Of a stretch of 64,000 nt of DNA, positions 37,666 to 51,929 are shown in pieces. This DNA comes from Octopus sinensis (lineage: Eukaryota), in NCBI RefSeq assembly GCF_006345805.1, contig NC_043006.1, positions 90,334,001 through 90,398,000 on the forward strand, read 5' to 3'. Position 1 is the stretch's first letter; every line of letters begins with the position of its first letter. Below the pieces are notes generated by a model, which saw only the letters and a list, made by a program, of their open reading frames with translations, was not told where the DNA came from and did no database searches. The position numbers were made by a program, and so were the translations under genes.

Positions 37666-39689
37666 ATACTGTACGCACAAAACTTTCTATTATATTCTCT
37701 TAGAACAAAAGATAATGTATCTTGATAATTTTTTCCTCATTTTCCTTTTTTTTTCCTTCATTCAAACTTTTATTTTTTATTTTTATTCTTTTTTTTTTTT
37801 CATCTTCAAGATTATTATTTGCAATTTATATTTTTTGCTCTTCTGATTAGAATGAACATGATTGCTTCTCTGCAACTACATTCAAATTTTCTTTTCCATT
37901 CTTCTTTCTTGAGTTAGATTTTCTAGTTACTACGTCATTCTTTTATCATTTAAATCAACTCTAACAGCTTCATCAATTTTTTTTTCTTTTTTTTTTTTTT
38001 TTTTGGTGAATATATCTAATCTCCATTGATGTTGCAGACAAAAATCCAAAATTACATGCTAATATTTCTTGGGTGTTTATTCTTATTACAACAACATTTC
38101 TAGAATTCTTGAAGGATCATTTGTACAAATTTTAAAATTTTAACTTTTAAGTTCTAAATTATATATCAAAATTTTCTTATTGATAAACATAAAATAAAGA
38201 CACACACACACCCATCCCTTTACATTGGCTCCGCCCTCACACAGTATGGCAAATTAGAAAAAATATATAGATAAACTGGTGTTAAATTTCTCTCTCCATC
38301 AACAGAAGAGTTATTGGCTTTACCCCCAAACCCTGGGCAACATTCATCTGAAATCTAGGGATTTTGCATTTCTAATCAATTATTGTTTATTCTTTAATTT
38401 ACAGAAGAATAAACAACAAACAGGATGAATGAGATGTGATTTATATTTTAGAGGATAATAAATCACCACAGATCACTGCAAAATGACATTCTTCAACAAA
38501 ATATGGTTGAGCTACAAATATCTTTTCTCTCAAAAAAGAAATTATCTGCTAGCATTACTAATTTTGGAGACATTATATATTATTGAAATCTGCCAATTAA
38601 AGACTGGTTATCATCATCATCAGTGATATTTTTGTTGGGTATTTAGATAGGATTTGGTGAGCCACAGGACTGCATCATGGTTTCAATGGCTCAATGCCCT
38701 TCCTAACGTCAACTACTTTACTGCATGAACTGAGTGACTTTTTGGTGCAACCAGCAGCACTGGTGGAGTTGCCAAGAAACTTGCAAGACAGGAAAAGAAC
38801 AAAGAAAAGGGGTAAAAGTCTCTCTGACTAAGTGTATGGATGGGAGTAGCATTAGGGGTGGCTGTATGCAGGGAGAAATGAAAGAGTCTTCTTATAGGGA
38901 ATATCCATGGTTACCCTGCATTATTTAAGGATCAGTTAAGGAACAAGATATGATGGGGTGACAAAGCAAACCTCAAGGAGCAATCAAGACGATCTCATCA
39001 TCATCATTTAGCATCTGCTTTCCTTGCTGGCACGGGTTAGACAGTTTAATTGGAACTGGCAAGCTGGAGAACTGCATTGGATTCCAGTCTGATCTATCAT
39101 GGTTTCTGTGATTGGCTGCCCTTCGTAATGCCAAAACAGCAGCATGCTTTAGCAACAAGCATATATCTTCCTCTAATCCACATGGAAACAAAAAATGAAC
39201 TCAGACTAGAAGCAACTACATTCACCAGTCACAATGAAGAATGAGTTGAGAGTTTGTTCTTTGTGTTTGGTCATTCCTTTCGGTAACCCCTATAGTTATG
39301 GGCAGACAGAGACAACAGTGGCAGGCCTTCCCAAGGGAACATCCGGAAATAACAACAGCTGGAAGAAGAGAAGTGTGCCCTGACACTGAACAGTCTATTT
39401 ATTGAACCTGAACAGATGAAAGGCAAAATTGACTGTAGTAGGATTTGAACTCAGGGCACAGAGAATACAATACATTCAATCTGGTACTCTAATCACTCTG
39501 CCAAATGACAGCAGCCTTTTACTCTCACATATACACATATAGAGGTGTGTGTGTGTGTGTGTATGAGTTGGCATGTGTCATGTGAGGTGTGACCCTGTAT
39601 CATCATCATCATCATCATCATCCAAAATGGACGTTGAAGTATGATAATGATGATACACACACACACACGTCTGGGAGAAGGACACTCTG

Positions 39690-41930
39690 ATAGAAAACCC
39701 ATGTCCTGAGGACCTCTCTGTCATCATCCCAGCTTGCTGGACCATAGCAGATGAACCCCAGGTGTAAAGGATGGGCCAGTTTTGCTCAGACTGCACTTCA
39801 CCTTTAAACTCCATCATGCAGGCTGAAAGACCTGTCCACATCCTCAACCATGATCCCAACTCCCCAAGCCCTGTAACGATGGGAAGGGGGTGAAAAGGGC
39901 AAGCGGAAGATGTCACTGGAAATCGCAGCTCCCAACCTGCATGCGGGTGGTTCGGGCCAGTGCTCATCTGGTGTTGACCTGGAGTCAACAACATCACTTG
40001 GCAGCATCCCAAATGACCAAGCAGCCTTATCTAGGGAGTGCACTGCTTGCTCCACATGAAGAGGGGGCTAGAAATGGTGGCCTAAAGAAAGCTCGTCTCC
40101 TACACACCCAGCTGGCAAACAGTGGCCAACAGGCATCTTCAAGTGGTCGAATATGCACAATTACAAAAAGGAAAGACTCCACACACCCTCCAAGCATTGC
40201 CAAGACAGCAGGATGGCATACCACCAGAGATATGGAAGCATGAAGGTCCTGTCCTACATGCTAAACTCCATGAGCTCTTCATTGCATGCTGGGAACAGGG
40301 AAAGCTACCACAAGATCTCTGCAATGCTGTTATCCTTACACTGTACAAAAACAAAGGGGAAAAGTCAGACAGCTCAAATTACTGTGGGTGGGGGGCGGCT
40401 TACACTGCTTTCTATTGCAGGAAAAGTTCTAGCAAGACTACTCCTCAACAGACTTGTTCTGTCCATTGCCGAAAATTATCTTCCAGAAAGCCAATGTGGT
40501 TTCAGAGCCAACAGGAGCACAACAGATATGGTTTTTATTCTCCGACAAAAGTGCTGGGAACAAAACAACCCACTTCATTTAACATTTGCCAATCTGACAA
40601 AAGCGTTCAACACTGTAAGCAGGAAAGGTCTGTGGCAGATCCGAAACCGACTTGGCTGTCCCCCAAAATTCCTAACCATGATCATCCAGCTTCATGAAGA
40701 CCAACAAGGACAAGTCCACCTAAATAGTGACATATCTGAGGCATTCCCCATAAACAACAGCATGAAGCGAGGCTGTGTCCTGGCACGAACTGTCTTCAGC
40801 ATCTTCTTCAGCATGATGCGCAAGCAAGCCACTGTAGACCTCAATGCCGAAAATGGTATCTACATCATGTACCATCTAGATGGCAGTCTTCTCAACCTCC
40901 AGTGCCTACAAGCCCACGCTAAGACTGATCCAGTACCTTCTCTTTGCAGATGATGCCACACTTATCGCACACACACAAAGAGCCCTGCAGCACATTGCAT
41001 CCTGCTATGCAAAGACCACCCAGCTCTTTGGGCTGGAAGTAAGCTTGAAAAAGACTGAAGTCCTACACCAACAAACTCCTCAGGAAGAGTACAGCCCACC
41101 ACACATCACCATTGCTGAAACAGAACTGAAGTCAGTACAGCAGTTCACTTATGTTGGATGTACCATTTCATCAGATGTGAGTATCGACAAAGAAATTGAC
41201 AGCAGACTTGCAAAGGCAAGCAAAGCATTTGGCAGACTGCACAAATGTGTGTGGAACAAGATCTTAAAATCAGAACAAAAGTCTACAGGGCTGTCCTTTT
41301 CACGATGCTCCTATATGGTTCACATTCCTGGCTCCCCTACTGCTATCATCTTAGGTCCCTTCAACTTTTTCACCAATGCTGCCTCTGTACCATCCTCAAC
41401 ATTTACTGGAACAACGACATCACCAACACTGAGGTCCTCAAGCAAGCAAAGGTCACCAGTCTGGAAGCCATTTTACTTGAGACACGACTCCATTGGGCAG
41501 GGCACGTTGACAGGATGAAAGACCACCTCCTACCTAAGATCATCATGTACGGTGAACTCACCACTGGCCAACGCAATAAAGGCCAATAAGGAAGTGTTAC
41601 AAGGACTGTCTGAAGCAGTTCCTTAGCATTTGTGACATTGATTATCATGAGTGGTCCACTGTAACAGCTGACCACATCACTTGGCGCCATACCATTAGCA
41701 ATGCTGTTTCCTCCTTTGTGATCTCTCACTGCACCTCTCTTGAAGACAAACGTCAGAGGTGAAAAAATAATGCAAAGTTCATCATCAGACCCTGAACAAA
41801 CATACCCCTGTCATCACTGCAATGAGATATCTCGTTCCCACATTGGCATTATCAGCCACGAACAAGTGTGCAGATTTCGTGGGCAGCAGCCTTCCTAATC
41901 CTTGACAGTGAAACGATGCCAAGAAGAAGA
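39690..41930 (+). mobile_element. RTE-BovB-like LINE, decayed, endonuclease region deleted
   Basis: DGIPPEIWK...LYKNKGEKSD, LLSIAGKVLARLLLNRL, PESQCGFRANRSTTDMVF, LLFADD, RLHWAGHVDRM; frameshifts; gaagaaga tail. Confidence 0.93.
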
Positions 41931-41989
41931 TATACAACCCATGCCAGCATGGACAACAGATGTTAAATGATGATGATGATATATATAAC

Positions 41990-42200
41990 ATCATCATCAT
42001 CAGCATCAACATTTGATGTCTGTTTTCCATGTTGGTATGGGTTGGATGGCTTGGCAGGAAATGGCAAGATTAGGGGCTGCACCAGATTCCACAGTCTGTT
42101 CTAGCTTGGTTTCTATGGCAGAATGCCCTTCCTAATGCCAACCACTCCATGGAGTGTAGTGAGTGCTTTTTACCTGGCACCATCACCAGTGCTTTTTACC
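41990..42200 (-). mobile_element. SINE family C
   Basis: (cat)n...ttttccatgttggtatgggttggatgg...gcccttcctaatgccaaccact. Confidence 0.75.
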
Positions 42201-42614
42201 TGTGAAGAAAAACAATGAGCTCAAAGGAAAAAGTCTGCTGAGGGAATAAGTCAGGTTTGGCTTGGAGGAATAAGTACCTGTGAAGAAACTTAGAAACTAC
42301 TGTCTAGCACAACGTTTTTGATAGTAACTTTGAAGTTTCACTCGGCCTATGACTTATTCAAACTCTATTAACAAGCCTTCAATCCAATGACCCTGCAAAG
42401 TTATTGTCTTCACCTTCACACACACACAGCTAATAGGCTTCCATAGTTTCTATTCAAGAAATTCCATTCAAAAAGTCTATAATAGAATTTTCTAGATCTG
42501 CACAGTGGGATTCAATCTGCGACCAGACAGCAATTCCACTTATCCGTTTAATTACCATTAATCACGAAGCACCAAAAAATTTGCCTTGGGTTTAGAGAAA
42601 AATAATCGGAATTA

Positions 42615-42702
42615 TCAGTTACTGTCTGTCATCTTTACCAAAGAACAGAGGTTCATGTTGTTTTGTGCCACATTCCTGGCCATAATCTCCAGGTCAGCTT
42701 CT
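42615..42702 (-). CDS. Candidate terminal exon (phase 2: xEADLEIMARNVAQNNMNLCSLVKMTDSN*)
   Basis: Acceptor tttccccacttccttcacctattag|A; protein-like composition; possible internal donor TTG|GTAAAG. Confidence 0.45.
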
Positions 42703-43850
42703 CTAATAGGTGAAGGAAGTGGGGAAAGTATGTAAAAAGAAAGGATAAAGGAAAAACATCATCATCATCATTAATCTTTATTATTATAATTACAATTTTA
42801 TTAATGTTGTTTCTGTTATTATTACTTAACTAAAAATATAAAGAAGGAATTATAAGGAAAAGGTGTCATCTATCTTAGTCAAGACATGATAAATATTTAA
42901 TTAAAATAACAACAACAACAATGCCATCTCAATTACATGAAACAGGAAGCTGCTTTTGAGCGACATATTTTAAGTTATAAACGATATCAAGATATAAGTT
43001 GGCAACCTTATTTAAACACACACACACACACACACACAAAACACAAATGCACTTTTAAAAAATTTTTTCCCTGATTGTGATATGGAGAGACAAAAATTCC
43101 AGCAGAAGGGAATATTAAGAAAGAAAGCCTATCAGAAAAGTTGGTTTTTCTATTCATTTCGCCATGCAATACAAGATGGTTTTTTTTCTCTCCATTTTCT
43201 TCAGAGATATCATGTTAACAACAATAAAACTTATTTATATGTTTATATCTATTTATTACTGCAACTGTTATTATTACTATTATTACCATCAGCATCATGT
43301 TTATTATTGTTGGTATTATTATTATCATCATCATCATCATCATCATGACTTTCATATAAAGTTAATACCATTTTGTTGAATTAAAGAGAAAAGAAAAACA
43401 TAGTGACTTGAGTCTAATCAATGAAAGTCGTATCATGTTCTTTAAAACAACAAACAAAAGCAAAATGAAAAAATAAATTTAGGAGAAAGTTAAAACATCT
43501 TTTATTTGAAAACTATTGTAATTCTTTCAAAAAAAAAAAGAAGCAAGCCAAAAAATTGTGACGAAAATGTATTAAAAGAAACATCTTTCTAATCGGTCCA
43601 CTATCACCCCGTGTCCCCCCAGTTGCCTGCCACATATACATACATAAACGTATCTTAATTTTTCGTTTAATATTCCAAGAATTAAATAAGAAAAAGAAAG
43701 GTGAGGGGAATAATGAAGAATAACAAATGAATTGAGCAACTAAATCTAAATGTTGTTCTAATAATCATTAATGAAAAATCCTTATCGATGCTTCTACAAT
43801 CGGTTTCTTTAAACAGACAAAAAAAAAAGCATGAAGTTTTTATGAAACTT

Positions 43851-43947
43851 TCAAGACTGAATCCATTTGCTTTGCCTTAATCCATTTTTCTTTTTCCTGT
43901 GAGCCACCCCTTCTTTTTCTTTACTTGTGGCTGATAATTCCACTTTT
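43851..43947 (-). CDS. Candidate terminal exon (phase 2: xKVELSATSKEKEGVAHRKKKNGLRQSKWIQS*)
   Basis: TACTGAC branch consensus, then AAG or ATCAG acceptor; purine-rich exon-like body. Confidence 0.25.
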
Positions 43948-44250
43948 CTTTGAGTCAGTAAAAGCCAATTTATCATTTCCCACCATTCACAAGGAACACA
44001 TTCAAAGGGAGGAGAAGGGGCAGTAGTTAGGGGGTGGTGAAAAACACCCCCTGAATTTTTTATACTACTTCATAGTTGTATCCAGAGAAGTGGCTTAATA
44101 AAAACACACAAGTTGTTAAGTGGTGCAAATAGGGTTGTTGCTGTTGTTGGAGTGGTTCTTGTAGATTAGAAAAACCAATTGAAATACTAACAAAGAATAT
44201 GGATAAGGTGGTAGTAATGCAAGTGATCAAAGAATTCCACTCTACGGGGG

Positions 44251-44443
44251 TTAACGCCCCCCCCCCACACATGAGTAATGGTTATTGGATGTGGTTACCA
44301 ACTTAAAAATGGAATTTCTGTTCTGATGCACTGACCCATGCTCCAGGCCATTGTAGTTCAAGTGTGCAGTGTAGTAAGTAAGGCTAGGGTAATGCCTCGG
44401 AGCAGGGTGGCACATTGGGGCTTTTTCAAGGAGACATTTACGG
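44251..44443 (-). CDS. Candidate exon (phase 2: xRKCLLEKAPMCHPAPRHYPSLTYYTAHLNYNG...; phase 1: xVNVSLKKPQCATLLRGITLALLTTLHT*)
   Basis: Acceptor tattatttatgacag|C; GC-richer unique island; 63 open codons in phase 2. Confidence 0.45.
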
Positions 44444-44924
44444 CTGTCATAAATAATACATTTTGTGATATGAAGGCAGAAACAATATAAGGATTAAAAC
44501 TTTCAGGAACTTGAATTTCTTCTTGTTCGTCTTCTTCTCCTTGTTTGTCTTCTTCTTCTTCTTCTTCTTCTTCTTCTTCTTCTTCATATGAATATATAAT
44601 CATATATACAGAGGTATGTTTGCATGGTACCCTTCCACATCAGTAAGGTAGATGCAGTTAACGTTGTCAGTGAACAACCATGGAACCTGAGCAAAATTCT
44701 TTCTTCCACATGAACCCAACGCTTTGTGAGAAGATTGCCACAGCTGATGACTACTATCATTCAAGCAGTTGTCATTTGTTTCCAATCTGCTTTACATGGA
44801 AAAAATATTATTTCGGAAAAAGGAGAGAGAGAGTTGGTGACTGGACAGCCATCCAACAACTGCCTCAACAATTCCTTTCTAACCCATCAAAGTGTGGATA
44901 AGTGGATGGTAACATGATGCACAA

Positions 44925-45795
44925 GGTGGGAACAAAAGGTTTCCAGACGATTCTACAGTGTGCCAACAGGTGGCAGCACACAGTTGTGTGCACAGTGAGA
45001 GATAGCAGTGACCTTAATGAGGAAGTGCACTGAGTCACTGTTTAATTTGCAAGTTGTGAAATTTGTAATTTTGTGAACATGTCCATGCTGTGGCCCACGA
45101 TTTTGTCATGGACAGGAACAAGACGGCAACGTGAAATTTTAAGTTAATCTTGGGAAGTCTGCTACAGACACATTGAGCATGCTTTGGCATCCTTACAGTG
45201 AAGAGACAATGGGTCATATGCAGTGCTCAAGTGGCACAAGCACTTCAAAAACAGAAGAACATCTCTGGAAGATGCTGAGCAATGTGGAAGACCTGACACA
45301 AGTGTCACCCCCCAGAAATGTGGTATTGTGCATTGAGAATTCATCCCCCTGGGGCCAGACAATCGACCAAGTGTTCTACTGCAACATGTTGAAGAATTAA
45401 AGGAAAGACATTTCAGTGAGAGTGATTGGATCTTTGGAGCGCAAAGAATTGGATTCTTCACCAAGAGTTTTTTGCCAAAGACAACATGGTATTGCTTTCA
45501 CACCCACCCTATTCACTAGATTTAGTACGTGTGGACTTCCCTCTCTTCCCCAAGATGAAAGGGCATCCCAAAGGTTGCTGTTTTAACACTGATGTTAAGC
45601 TCCAGAGGGAATCACAGAAGGTCCTCAACTCACTTACAGAAAACAACTTTCAGGCTGGAAACTAAAAGTGGAAGAAAGCTGAGCCCAGTGTATTGCTGCT
45701 CAAGGGGACTATTTTGAAAGAGATGATGTTAAAACTTAGCTAAATAAGTTATTTTTATTAAACAGAATTAGTCTGGTAATATTTTGTTACCACCG
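44925..45795 (+). mobile_element. Decayed mariner element with internal deletions
   Basis: VKFKLILGKSATDTLSML (HTH), WILHQ, SHPPYSLDLVRVDFPLFPKMK, QGDYFE. Confidence 0.88.
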
Positions 45796-46297
45796 AGATA
45801 TGTATATGTATAATATAATATATACACAAATTATTTGAGAGATTCAATCATGATGAATCTCTCAAAAGAGATGAAAGTGCTAAATAAATAATTTTTATCT
45901 AAAATCCTGACTATCTTTCTTTTCTTAATATAAATATATATATACATATATTAAAGGTAGCGAAAATGACAAAACAACTTATTTATAGAGAGCAAAATAT
46001 GCAAAGTTTGCCAAGCAGATATTAAACTAATTTCAGAATAACTAAGGCTCTTATCAATGTGATAAGCCGCAAAAAAAAGTTTTGAAAAATTCTCAAAGAA
46101 AGAAAATAATAGCAAAAAATTAGAGAGAAAAATACCCATATGGAAGGAAACAAGATTGAAATATGTCACACAAGTGCTAAAAGTTTCTAATTATTTTATA
46201 AGTGTATGCATGTATATACATGCATTTAAAAATTATTATTATTATTATTATTATTATTAATCTGTTTCATTAGTATTTTTTAGAAATTATTTCTCAG

Positions 46298-46334
<37 letters not shown>

Positions 46335-46401
46335 GAAGCAAACTTCACTGCCAGAATGTATTAAAAGAAAGGAAGAAAGAATAAATAGAAAACATTTTGT
46401 A

Positions 46402-46438
46402 TTAATATTCTGTTAAACATTTTTCTATAATATCAAAA
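46402..46438 (-). CDS. Candidate short terminal exon (xFDIIEKCLTEY* from GAG acceptor; alternative TAG acceptor at 46425/46424)
   Basis: TACTGAT branch plus ~70-nt AG-free pyrimidine tract (46445-46515). Confidence 0.3.
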
Positions 46439-46711
46439 CTCGATGTTGGGAATGTAATCAACAGGGAAGAGAGAACGTGAGAAAAGACGAGGAAAGAGAA
46501 CAAGCAAGAGGAAGATCAGTATAACATTTGCTTTCATCACAACAAATGCATTGTTTTGCATTTGAAGAGTGGGCAGTGGGTGCTGTTGTTGGTGGTTGCA
46601 GGGTGTGCAGGTGTAAGGATGAGTAATTATATATTATATTCCAGCGCATGTGTGATCAAGAGTACTTCATATACATCCAACCATACTTACATATATATAT
46701 ATATATATATA

Positions 46712-47889
<1,178 letters not shown>

Positions 47890-47969
47890 TCATATAATAT
47901 ATATATATATTCATATATATATATATATTCATATATATATATATTAATATATAATATATATATATATAT

Positions 47970-48465
47970 GAGGCAACTGAGGATCAGAATCGAAATCGAT
48001 CAATGGAAATGCGGATGTGCTACCAGTGCCGGTGGCATGTCGAAACTCTGCTTGTGAAGACCCGTTGAGGCAAGTGAGGATCAGAATCGAAATCGATCAA
48101 TGGAAATTGCAGATGTGTTACCAGTGCCGGTGGCATGTAAGAGAAATTTCCGTTTTGCGACCGTTGCCAGCACCACCCCGTTTCGTGTCCGTTGCCAGCC
48201 TCGCCTGACCCTCGTGCGGTGGCACATAAAAAGCTCCATCCGTTCGTGGCCGTTTGCCAGCTCTGTCTGGCACCAGTGCGGTGGCACGTAAAAAGCACAC
48301 TACACTCACGGAGTGGTTGGTGTTAGGAAGGGCATCCAGCAGTAGAAACACTGCCAGATTTGACTGGGCCTGATGAAGCCTTCTGGCTTCACAGACCCCA
48401 GTAAAACCGTCCAACCCATGCTAGCATGGAAAACGGACGCTAAACGATGATGATGATGATGATGA
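47970..48465 (+). mobile_element. RTE 3' UTR copy inserted in (TA)n
   Basis: Highly similar reverse complement of 20452-20960, including the internal duplication. Confidence 0.9.
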
Positions 48466-48475
48466 TATATATATA

Positions 48476-48519
<44 letters not shown>

Positions 48520-48689
48520 TATATAATATATATATATATCTATATATATTCATATATATATATATATATATTCATATATATATTCATATATATTATATAT
48601 ATATATATTCAATATATAATATTATTATATATATATATATATATTCATATATATATATATATATATATTCATATATATATCATATATAT

Positions 48690-49784
48690 GAACCCAGGTA
48701 CGGATGCTCCTACCGGCACCAAAAGCCATGGACATGGCGGATGAAGAGGGAGGACAAAAAAGAGGAAAACTGAAGCTAAAAATCAGACAAAGCCAAGGGG
48801 CAAGGCAGCCAGGGATAGAGGCAAACCAAACTGTCCATATGCCAAAAAGGATAGAAAAACAAGCAGCGCACACGGGTATGTATGTTCTCACCTGAGAGGT
48901 GCCTGCCGGCATGGAGAGGAAGGTGCAGGCTGCCGCTTTGCACATCCGGGACCCTGCCACAGAAACAAACCACCGAAAGGAGGAAATGGGATGGACCACG
49001 CATCACCGGCCCCAAAACGAAGGTACGCAGATGTGGTGCGTACCACAAACCACCAACGTGTTGTTGAAAGGGCAGCTGTGAGCAGGAATCTTTTTTGTGC
49101 ATGGCACAAAAGATTGTACAGCAGCTAACCTGGCTCCTCAGGCTCAGGCTCGCAGATGGAACTGCCCACAGTTCACAAGACCGCCACAGCAGATGGACCC
49201 AGGGTGGACACCACCGGCAACAGCACACACCTCACCTCGATGCTCCTACTGAACATCAGAGGACTACTAACACACAGTTAACAGGACAAAAGTCCCGTTC
49301 CTGAGAGACTTTGTCGCATGCAATCAAGCCTATGCATAGCACTCACAGAAACGCATCTGAAAACGGACATAGCAGATGCGGAATACACATACCACAGTAT
49401 GTGTACTACGGACCGACAGGAAAGAAAGAAGTCATGGAGGGAGGTGCTATGTACATCCGTGGGGACCTCACACCCCAGGTCCTTTTGTCATACTCAAACT
49501 CGGTGTGTGACACACTAATTGTAAACATAAGGCAACTTGATGTAGTTGTGTGTGCTACATATCGCCCTCCAGATGCCCCCAGTCATACGGGCAAGTTTGA
49601 GGACTGCCTTTTAAAAATAGAAGAAGTTCTAACCACATTAGAACAACACATAAGTGTACTTCTCATGGGAGACTTCATCTACCGAATGTCAGATGGCCCG
49701 AGGGCCTTTCTCTCCCAGGAATGACAAGATGTGAACGAGGACAGGCGAGGTCCCTCCTGAACCTCACCAACACCTGTACATGGA
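48690..49784 (+). mobile_element. LINE 5' region: ORF1 remnant + AP endonuclease (CR1-like), cut by gap
   Basis: IALTETHL, GGAMYIR, VVCATYRPPDA, LLMGDF motifs; frameshifts. Confidence 0.85.
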
Positions 49785-49884
49785 NNNNNNNNNNNNNNNN
49801 NNNNNNNNNNNNNNNNNNNNNNNNNNNNNNNNNNNNNNNNNNNNNNNNNNNNNNNNNNNNNNNNNNNNNNNNNNNNNNNNNNNN
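49785..49884. other. Assembly gap (100 N)
   Basis: Run of N. Confidence 1.
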
Positions 49885-50932
49885 CCTCATTGAAGATTCT
49901 ATCGGGCAGGTTTTCTAGGATTTTGTTCTCCGCCTGCACGAGGAGCTCCAGGGTCTGACCCTTCCACCACACCACCTCTTTCCTTCTCATCTGCAGTATC
50001 GATATCTCGTTCAATGTTGTGCAGGACCGCCGCTGCTACCCACATGATGTCGTACCCTCTGGGTATGTCTTCTACCAGTAACTTCGCTGTACGCTTCCCC
50101 ATGTACGAGGGTAGCAGCATGATGTCGTCGTTTTTTAGGGTCAACGACGACACCTCTCTCGCTACCTCGGCTGTGTCGAAATGTGCCTCGACTGTAGCAC
50201 TGCGTGCACCTCTAACGATATGACGAATTTTGTCCCACACCGGGGACAGGCACTTTTCTACCATTTCATTCTTTACATCCATTATCTTCTTCTCTTTGAA
50301 ACTGTATACCTTGTAAATAACTATTCTCTCTTTAATCTCTTGTACTTTTGCCTGCGGCGGTACAAGCCTTATCTCGCCTCCTTCCACTTTTACCAGGTTC
50401 CTGAATTCGTACAATTGTTCGATTTTAAACTCGACATCCATCATGGCGCCGCCCACCGCGGCCGAGAATGACTGTTTGGGTACTTCCTTTTCCATATTTT
50501 CACTTTTTCCCATCACGGGAAAATCCTTCTTCGACGTCAAGTCGAAATCCATCACCTCAAAGGTAATAAAAATGCAGGTAATACAAAATTTTCTGCCCCG
50601 TAGGGCGAAAATTACCGTTTTACAACGGGCACTGTTCAAAACAGTTGGCACAAACAATAGTAGCACAAATCCGAACTCTCTTAAATGAAGGCAGCAATTT
50701 TCTCACAACGCAAATGAACAGTAACTCGAGACTAGAATCGAGAAGTTTTGAAGCGAGTGGTGGTGTAACGATAAATGCGATGGCTCTTTTTGTATGGCGA
50801 TGATGGTTTTGGGGAGGGGGGGCATAGAGGACCATGGCGATGATGGTTATGGGAAGGGGGGGACATAGCGAGAGAGAGATACGGTTAGTTAGAGAGAGAG
50901 GTCAAGGGACACGTGACAATAAGCGGTGTGAG
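49885..50932 (-). mobile_element. L1/Tx1-like LINE 5' UTR + ORF1 N-terminus
   Basis: Open frame with SFSAAV and RRM-like VEAHFDTAEVA...LLPSYMGKRTAKLLVEDIP; GC-rich relative to host; starts at a (TA)n boundary. Confidence 0.6.
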
Positions 50933-51172
50933 GGAATTTATATATAATATACATATATATATATACATATATATACATATATATATAATATATATACATA
51001 TATACATACATATATATACATATATATATACATATATATATACATATATATATTAAATATATACATATATATACATACATACATATATACATATATAATA
51101 CATATATATATACATATATATATATACATATTATATATATATATACATATATTATATACATATATAATACAT

Positions 51173-51204
<32 letters not shown>

Positions 51205-51526
51205 TATATATAATATATATATAATATACATATATATATACATATATACATACATATATATATACATATATAACATATATACTATATATATATACATAAT
51301 AGAAATATAAAATAACTAAGTGTCTCTAAAAGAGAACAGCGGCAGCGTTCCCGGAAAATAATAGTTATCGCCATACTAATATGGCATTCTTATAAAAATA
51401 AGAAAAAAGCTGTCCGCTTATTAGCTCCATGAGGCCATCGCCTTAAGTTCGCTATTTGATACACAAACTGTATCCATATAACCTTCGAACAAGGGAGCTC
51501 AGTCGCTCCACACTACTTGACCGGCA

Positions 51527-51568
51527 GCTACAGACGCGTTTCGGGGTATTGCCCCTTTTCAATGCAGC
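51527..51568 (-). ncRNA. Minimal type I hammerhead ribozyme, U3-A8 variant (copy 1)
   Basis: GCUGCA UUGAAAA GGGG-CAAUA-CCCC GAAA CGCG UC UGUAGC: 6-bp stem I, 4-bp stem II, palindromic ACGCGU stem III, GUC cleavage triplet. Confidence 0.85.
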
Positions 51569-51887
51569 GTAGCCAGCCAGTAGGTGTCGCTTCCGACAAT
51601 CTCTGTTCGATGGTTTTATTTACCTAGTTTCGGTGGAATACATCCACTTGTTTTCAATAATAGAATTATTAAAATAACTAAGTCTCTCTAAATGAGAACA
51701 GCGGCAGCGTTCCCGGAAAATAATAGTTATCGCCATACTAATATGGCATTCTTATAAAAATAAGAAAAAAGCTGTCCGCTTATTAGCTCCATGAGGCCAT
51801 CGCCTTAAGTTAGCTATTTGATACACAAACTGTATCCATATAACCTTCGAACAGGGAGGTCAGTCGCTCCACACTACTTGACCGGCA

Positions 51888-51929
51888 GCTACAGACGCGT
51901 TTCGGGGTATTGCCCCTTTTCAATGCAGC
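51888..51929 (-). ncRNA. Minimal type I hammerhead ribozyme, U3-A8 variant (copy 2)
   Basis: Identical 42-nt motif 361 nt from copy 1. Confidence 0.85.
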
